From positions 1,411 to 65,410 of the forward strand of contig JANPJJ010000152.1 of NCBI GenBank assembly GCA_031425455.1: a stretch of 64,000 nucleotides of DNA, read 5' to 3'. The notes below the pieces were generated by a model. It did no database searches. It had not been told where the DNA came from and worked only from the letters and a program-made list of their open reading frames with translations. The stretch is from Sandaracinobacter sp. GTDB lineage: Bacteria; Pseudomonadota; Alphaproteobacteria; Sphingomonadales; Sphingomonadaceae. A program made the translations under genes and the position numbers. Of this stretch, positions 60,901-64,000 are shown piece after piece. Positions within the stretch are counted from its first letter, which is position 1. Every line of letters begins with the position of its first letter.

Positions 60901-61054
60901 GCTTTACTCCCCGCTTGCCTGGGTGATCATCGGCGGGCTGATCTCGTCGACGTTCCTCAGCCGGATCGTCACGCCGGTCATGTACCTGCTGCTGGTGCGC
61001 CACGCTCCCCCGGTTGCGCATCGGGAAACAAAGCCGGCGCCTGCCGAGGGTTGA
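57938..61054 (+). CDS. RND efflux permease (AcrB/AcrD/AcrF family)
   Basis: About 1038 aa; GILVDDSIVVVENI (proton-relay Asp pair), IKNSILLVD (Lys), RFLPVLLTS; TTG start. Confidence 0.95.
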   Translation: MNRLIAFAVHRWQVTLVVFGLVAALGAQAFLSIPRSVDPHFKAPFVLIIAILPGADPADIEQTVAKPIEDALAGLDNISELASSSSDGQAVVTAEFTWESDPDRNFDEAVREVNAIRAQLPSGIQRLEYRRFRTTEAVVVQYAIVSETASWRRMEKMGKDLKEAFQRQPGVRTATLWGVPRPELRVSVDLGRLAQLGIPVTQVTDALRVGGSDTPPGPLRSGDQRLNLKAGGAFRTLAEVQAVPLRAGNGRVLRVGDVADVQWATAERSHATRFNGKRAIWVTATQKDNVNVLDVERRLTAAAEAYRTVLPPDARLELAFDQSDDVRRKLALLARDFGLALALVLLTLLPLGPRASLVVMVSIPLSLAIGVLVMNLLGYTLNQLVITGFIVALGILVDDSIVVVENIARHLRMGYSRTAAALAGTQQIAVAVLGCTAVIIFAFLPLTALPGGAGKFTRGLPIAVIATVTASLLVSLTIIPFLASRLLSKEEHPDGNRFLRAVDGGIHRFYAPLLHRALERPKTAFLAAMALCVAALGLIPVLGTSLFPPADVPYFQVEVEASEGSDLGATARAVAFVDRTLAAEPLVATRMSNVGRGNPQIFYNQREVTQQSNFGMVAGTLKQWDPEEGPALVTRLRERFATYPEARIELVPFQNGAPIDSPIAWFLTGPDLDVLRRLSKEAEALMRAVPGTVDVRNPLAFDRLDLDLGLDADKAALLGVSPAAARRVTRLALAGEPAGRFRDAEGDSYDVVVRLPQPDFTGVAPGERLGAIQDVDALSRVYVPTSAGEAVPLPAIASPRLTGGPASINRYGQQRSVGLTSNVADGYLTSRVNEEVGAQFNAMKLPPGYAFVLGGEAAEQAESFGGLGGVILLAAFGIFGVLVLEFGRFRETVVVAGVVPLGMFGGLIALWLTGNSISFTAIIGFVALIGIEIKNSILLVDFTTQLRQQGMELRPAIERAGEVRFLPVLLTSVTAVLALLPLALSGSGLYSPLAWVIIGGLISSTFLSRIVTPVMYLLLVRHAPPVAHRETKPAPAEG

Positions 61055-62063
61055 GGCCGCCCGGATACGTGCCCCGGTCGGCGCGCATCCGTTGCCGAAG
61101 CCCGCCGTCCACCCCCTGGCCTTCAACGACCGGCCGGTAAAGATTGCCCGCCGTATTGGTGGCAGGGGGCGCAAGTTCCATCTGCGCCGCATGCACGACA
61201 TTGGCGGCAAAATGCTCGCCGACGCGGGGGGCCAGCCGGTGCCCGGCACAAGCGAGCTTGGCCTTGGCCCCTACGGCCACCTGCTCTCGCGGCGTGATTG
61301 CGGCGCGAACGATGGCGTCCACCACCGCTCGAGGGGGATCCAGCAGGACCATTTGGGCGCGGCGGCCGCTGTAGTTTGCGCTGTGCACCCAATATGGGGT
61401 GTCGACGGCCCATGGCATGACGGTGGAGACCCGGATCGGCCCGAGCAGGCCGGCCAGTCGAAGTTCCTGATGCAAGGCGGTTCCAAGCCCGAGCACGCCA
61501 TGTTTCGAGGCAGTGTAGCTGGCATGGTACGGCACCGGAACCTTGCCTTCCACAGAACCGACATTCACAAGAACGCCCAGGCCCTGCCGCTTGAACAGGG
61601 CGATCGCGACATGGCTGCCGTTGATTGCGCCCTTCAGATTGATGTCGATCACCCTCGCATGATCGGAAAGCGGGATTTCCTCGAACCGGCCGATGGCGCC
61701 GACACCGGCCGCGTTGATCCAGCCGTCCACCCGGCCGAAGCGCGCAACGGCCGCCGCCACTAGCTGCTCGACCTGCACCGCATCGGAAACGTCGGTGGGC
61801 ACGACGAGAGCCCGTCCGCCGGCAGCTTCGATCTCCCGCGAGACTTCGTGCAGCACATCGACCCGCCTTGCGGCAAGGACCAGGTTGCCGCCGCGCCGAC
61901 CGAGCTCATGCGCCACCCCCCGGCCCAGGCCGGACGATGCGCCGGTGACCACAAAGGTTCGTCCGTCGATCCTGCTGTCGTCGCGCGCCATCCTGGATCG
62001 CCTGCGCGCAGCGACAGCAAGGGCCGCCGCCGTGATCAGCACTGCCATGGGCATGTATCGCAT
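60978..62063 (-). CDS. Short-chain dehydrogenase/reductase
   Basis: TGASSGLG, INAAG, NVGS, YTASK (YxxxK), PWAVDTP; hydrophobic N-terminus. Confidence 0.92.
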   Translation of the reverse strand: MRYMPMAVLITAAALAVAARRRSRMARDDSRIDGRTFVVTGASSGLGRGVAHELGRRGGNLVLAARRVDVLHEVSREIEAAGGRALVVPTDVSDAVQVEQLVAAAVARFGRVDGWINAAGVGAIGRFEEIPLSDHARVIDINLKGAINGSHVAIALFKRQGLGVLVNVGSVEGKVPVPYHASYTASKHGVLGLGTALHQELRLAGLLGPIRVSTVMPWAVDTPYWVHSANYSGRRAQMVLLDPPRAVVDAIVRAAITPREQVAVGAKAKLACAGHRLAPRVGEHFAANVVHAAQMELAPPATNTAGNLYRPVVEGQGVDGGLRQRMRADRGTYPGGLNPRQAPALFPDAQPGERGAPAAGT

Positions 62064-62186
62064 GAAAACCTCCGCTCCCCCGACAGTCCAACGGAGCTCG
62101 ACCCCTGCTAGTTGCCTGTTCCGCAGTGACGCACTTCCAACGCCGCATTGCGAGTGGCACAACGGGGCCAACAGGGAAGGGCGCGT

Positions 62187-64000
62187 GTGAAGAAACTGCT
62201 GTTGCTGGGATCATTGCTGGTCGGCATCGTGCTCGCCTTCCGGTTCGGCCTCGCCGATGCCCTGACCCTGGAAAGCCTGAAGGCGCGCCAGGCCGATTTC
62301 AGCCTCCTCTATGCCGCCCGGCCGGTGCGCGTGCTGGGCCTGTTCTTCCTGCTTTATGTCGCGGTCACGGCGCTGTCGCTTCCGGGCGCCGCCATTCTCA
62401 CGATCGCCGCAGGCGCGCTGTTCGGGCTCTTCACCGGCACGATCCTCGCTTCGTTTGCCTCCACAATCGGTGCGACGCTGGCGTTCCTGGCCTCGCGCTA
62501 CCTGTTCCGCGATGCTGTGGCCGCCCGCTTCGGGCAACGGATGCGCGCAATCGATGCCGGCATGGCGCGCGACGGGCCGTTTTACCTGTTCACGCTCCGA
62601 CTGGTGCCGATCTTTCCCTTCTTCCTTGTCAACCTGCTGATGGGGCTCAGCAACATACCGGCCCGCACCTTCGCCTGGGTCAGCCAGATCGGCATGCTGG
62701 CGGGCACCATCGTGTTCGTGAATGCCGGAACCGAGCTGGCGAAGCTGGACAGCCTGTCCGGCATCCTGTCGCCCGGCCTGATCGGCTCGTTCGTGCTGCT
62801 GGGTCTGTTCCCGTGGATCGCCCGGTGGCTGCTCGGCCTGCTGCGGCAGCGCCGCATCTATGCGCGCTTCACGCAGCCCAGGCGGTTCGATCGCAACCTG
62901 ATCGTAATCGGCGGCGGCGCGGCGGGGCTGGTGACGGCCTATATCGCAGCTGCCGTGAAGGCGAAGGTCACGCTCGTCGAACACAGCGCAATGGGGGGCG
63001 ACTGCCTGAATACGGGTTGCGTGCCGTCGAAGGCGCTGATCCGCAGCGCGAAGCTGGCCTCGGAGATCCGAAACGCCGGAAAATTCGGCATAACGTCCAG
63101 CAATTTGGACATCGACTTTAAAGCTGTGATGGAGCGAGTTCGAAGCGTGATCGACGGTATCGCGCCGCACGACAGCGTGGAACGATATCGGGGGCTCGGC
63201 GTCGATGCGCGCATCGCCCATGCCCGTATCCTCGATCCCTGGACGGTGGAGATCACCCCGGACGGCGGCGCGCCCCAGCGGCTGACGACCTGCGCCATCG
63301 TGCTGGCAACGGGCGCGCGCCCCGTGGTGCCCGAAATCCCCGGGCTTGCCGAAGCCGGGTTTCTCACCAGCGAGACGCTGTGGGATGCGTTTGTCCAGCG
63401 CGCGTCGCCGCCCGGCCGGCTGGTCGTGCTGGGCGGCGGCCCCATCGGTTGCGAGCTGGCGCAGGCGTTCCAGCGCCTGGGATCGGCCGTCACGCTGGTA
63501 GAGGCGGCGCCCCGCCTGCTGTTGAAGGAGGAGCCCGAGGCGGCGGAGCTGGTCGGTACCGCCCTGGCGGCGGACGGGGTAGTCGTTCTAGCCGGCCACC
63601 GCGCCGTCCGGATCGAGTCAGGGCCCAAAGCCCTCGTCGCGGAAGGACCCGACGGCGCCCGGACGGTCCCATTCGACGAACTCATCGTCGCCGTCGGCCG
63701 CACCGCCCGCACGGAAGGTTTCGGGCTGGAGGAACTGGGGATCCCGGCCGGCAAGGCGATCGAGACCAATGCCTGGCTGGAAACGCTCTACCCGAACATC
63801 TACGCCGTGGGGGACGCCGCCGGGCCTTACCAGTTGACCCATGCCGCCTCCCACCAGGCCTGGCACGCCGCCGTCAACGCACTGTTCGGCCGGTTCCGCC
63901 GCTTCAAGGTGGACTATCGCGTGCTTCCCGCGGTCGCCTTCACCGACCCGGAAGTGGCGCGCGTCGGCCTCACCGAGGCGCAAGCGACCGAGCAGGGGCT
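62187..64000 (+). CDS. VTT/DedA (TVP38-like) membrane domain fused to a pyridine nucleotide-disulfide oxidoreductase; 3' truncated by the window edge
   Basis: Read by hand from GTG 62187 (absent from the ORF track because it has no stop): LSLPGA.ILT..AGALFG and RLVPIFPFFLVN, then IGGGAAG, GGDCLNTGCVPSK, LGGGPIGCELAQ. Confidence 0.92.
   Translation, partial: MKKLLLLGSLLVGIVLAFRFGLADALTLESLKARQADFSLLYAARPVRVLGLFFLLYVAVTALSLPGAAILTIAAGALFGLFTGTILASFASTIGATLAFLASRYLFRDAVAARFGQRMRAIDAGMARDGPFYLFTLRLVPIFPFFLVNLLMGLSNIPARTFAWVSQIGMLAGTIVFVNAGTELAKLDSLSGILSPGLIGSFVLLGLFPWIARWLLGLLRQRRIYARFTQPRRFDRNLIVIGGGAAGLVTAYIAAAVKAKVTLVEHSAMGGDCLNTGCVPSKALIRSAKLASEIRNAGKFGITSSNLDIDFKAVMERVRSVIDGIAPHDSVERYRGLGVDARIAHARILDPWTVEITPDGGAPQRLTTCAIVLATGARPVVPEIPGLAEAGFLTSETLWDAFVQRASPPGRLVVLGGGPIGCELAQAFQRLGSAVTLVEAAPRLLLKEEPEAAELVGTALAADGVVVLAGHRAVRIESGPKALVAEGPDGARTVPFDELIVAVGRTARTEGFGLEELGIPAGKAIETNAWLETLYPNIYAVGDAAGPYQLTHAASHQAWHAAVNALFGRFRRFKVDYRVLPAVAFTDPEVARVGLTEAQATEQG

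Noticed and set aside
58463-61249. 928-aa minus-strand ORF (and 56698-58803)
   Set aside because: Antisense shadows of the RND adaptor and permease.
62187-64000. Mercuric reductase of a mer operon
   Set aside because: No merR, merT or merP nearby and no N-terminal GMTC domain; the C-terminus is outside the window.

Overview
High-GC core-chromosome segment from an alphaproteobacterium, most likely Sphingomonadales (GC judged by eye, not computed). The assignment rests on PEPxxWA-CTERM proteins, tRNA-His retaining G-1/C73, the GTTC-N7-GTTC SOS box, sphingomonad-type intergenic palindromes and the dapF-mtaB-ftsY-ispZ and lrp-trxB-lysR synteny. Housekeeping genes dominate: sucA-sucB-lpdA, sppA, rlmD-like, dapF, mtaB, ftsY, ispZ, cysK, uvrD, rsmD, rluB-like, trxB, purL/purQ/purS/purC, dinB, rnhA, thrB, ispH and two tRNAs (Ile2-CAT, His-GTG), plus transporters, hydrolases, an RND pump and a 3'-truncated VTT/DedA-flavoprotein fusion. 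I saw no CRISPR array, rRNA, integrase or transposase. Strongest leads: (1) 24.0-27.5 kb, a translationally coupled pair of a secreted PPP/Shelph-type phosphatase and a secreted CotH-like kinase-fold protein, flanked by a DUF4956-like membrane protein and a histidine phosphatase, suggesting an undescribed envelope phosphorylation module; (2) 35.4-35.6 kb, an unannotated sRNA with C-rich anti-Shine-Dalgarno loops, whose promoter has a LysR box near -65 directly behind an LsrB/VtlR-like regulator; (3) 36.7-36.9 kb, a 21-codon sORF behind a 16-nt perfect complement of the 16S rRNA tail, with its own terminator; (4) a CI/Cro-like switch without a phage; (5) near-identical SOS boxes on a VOC gene and dinB lying between purL and purQ; (6) a decarboxylase plus deoxyhypusine-synthase-like polyamine operon with a structured leader. 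All family assignments come from motif recognition by eye; no database search was run.
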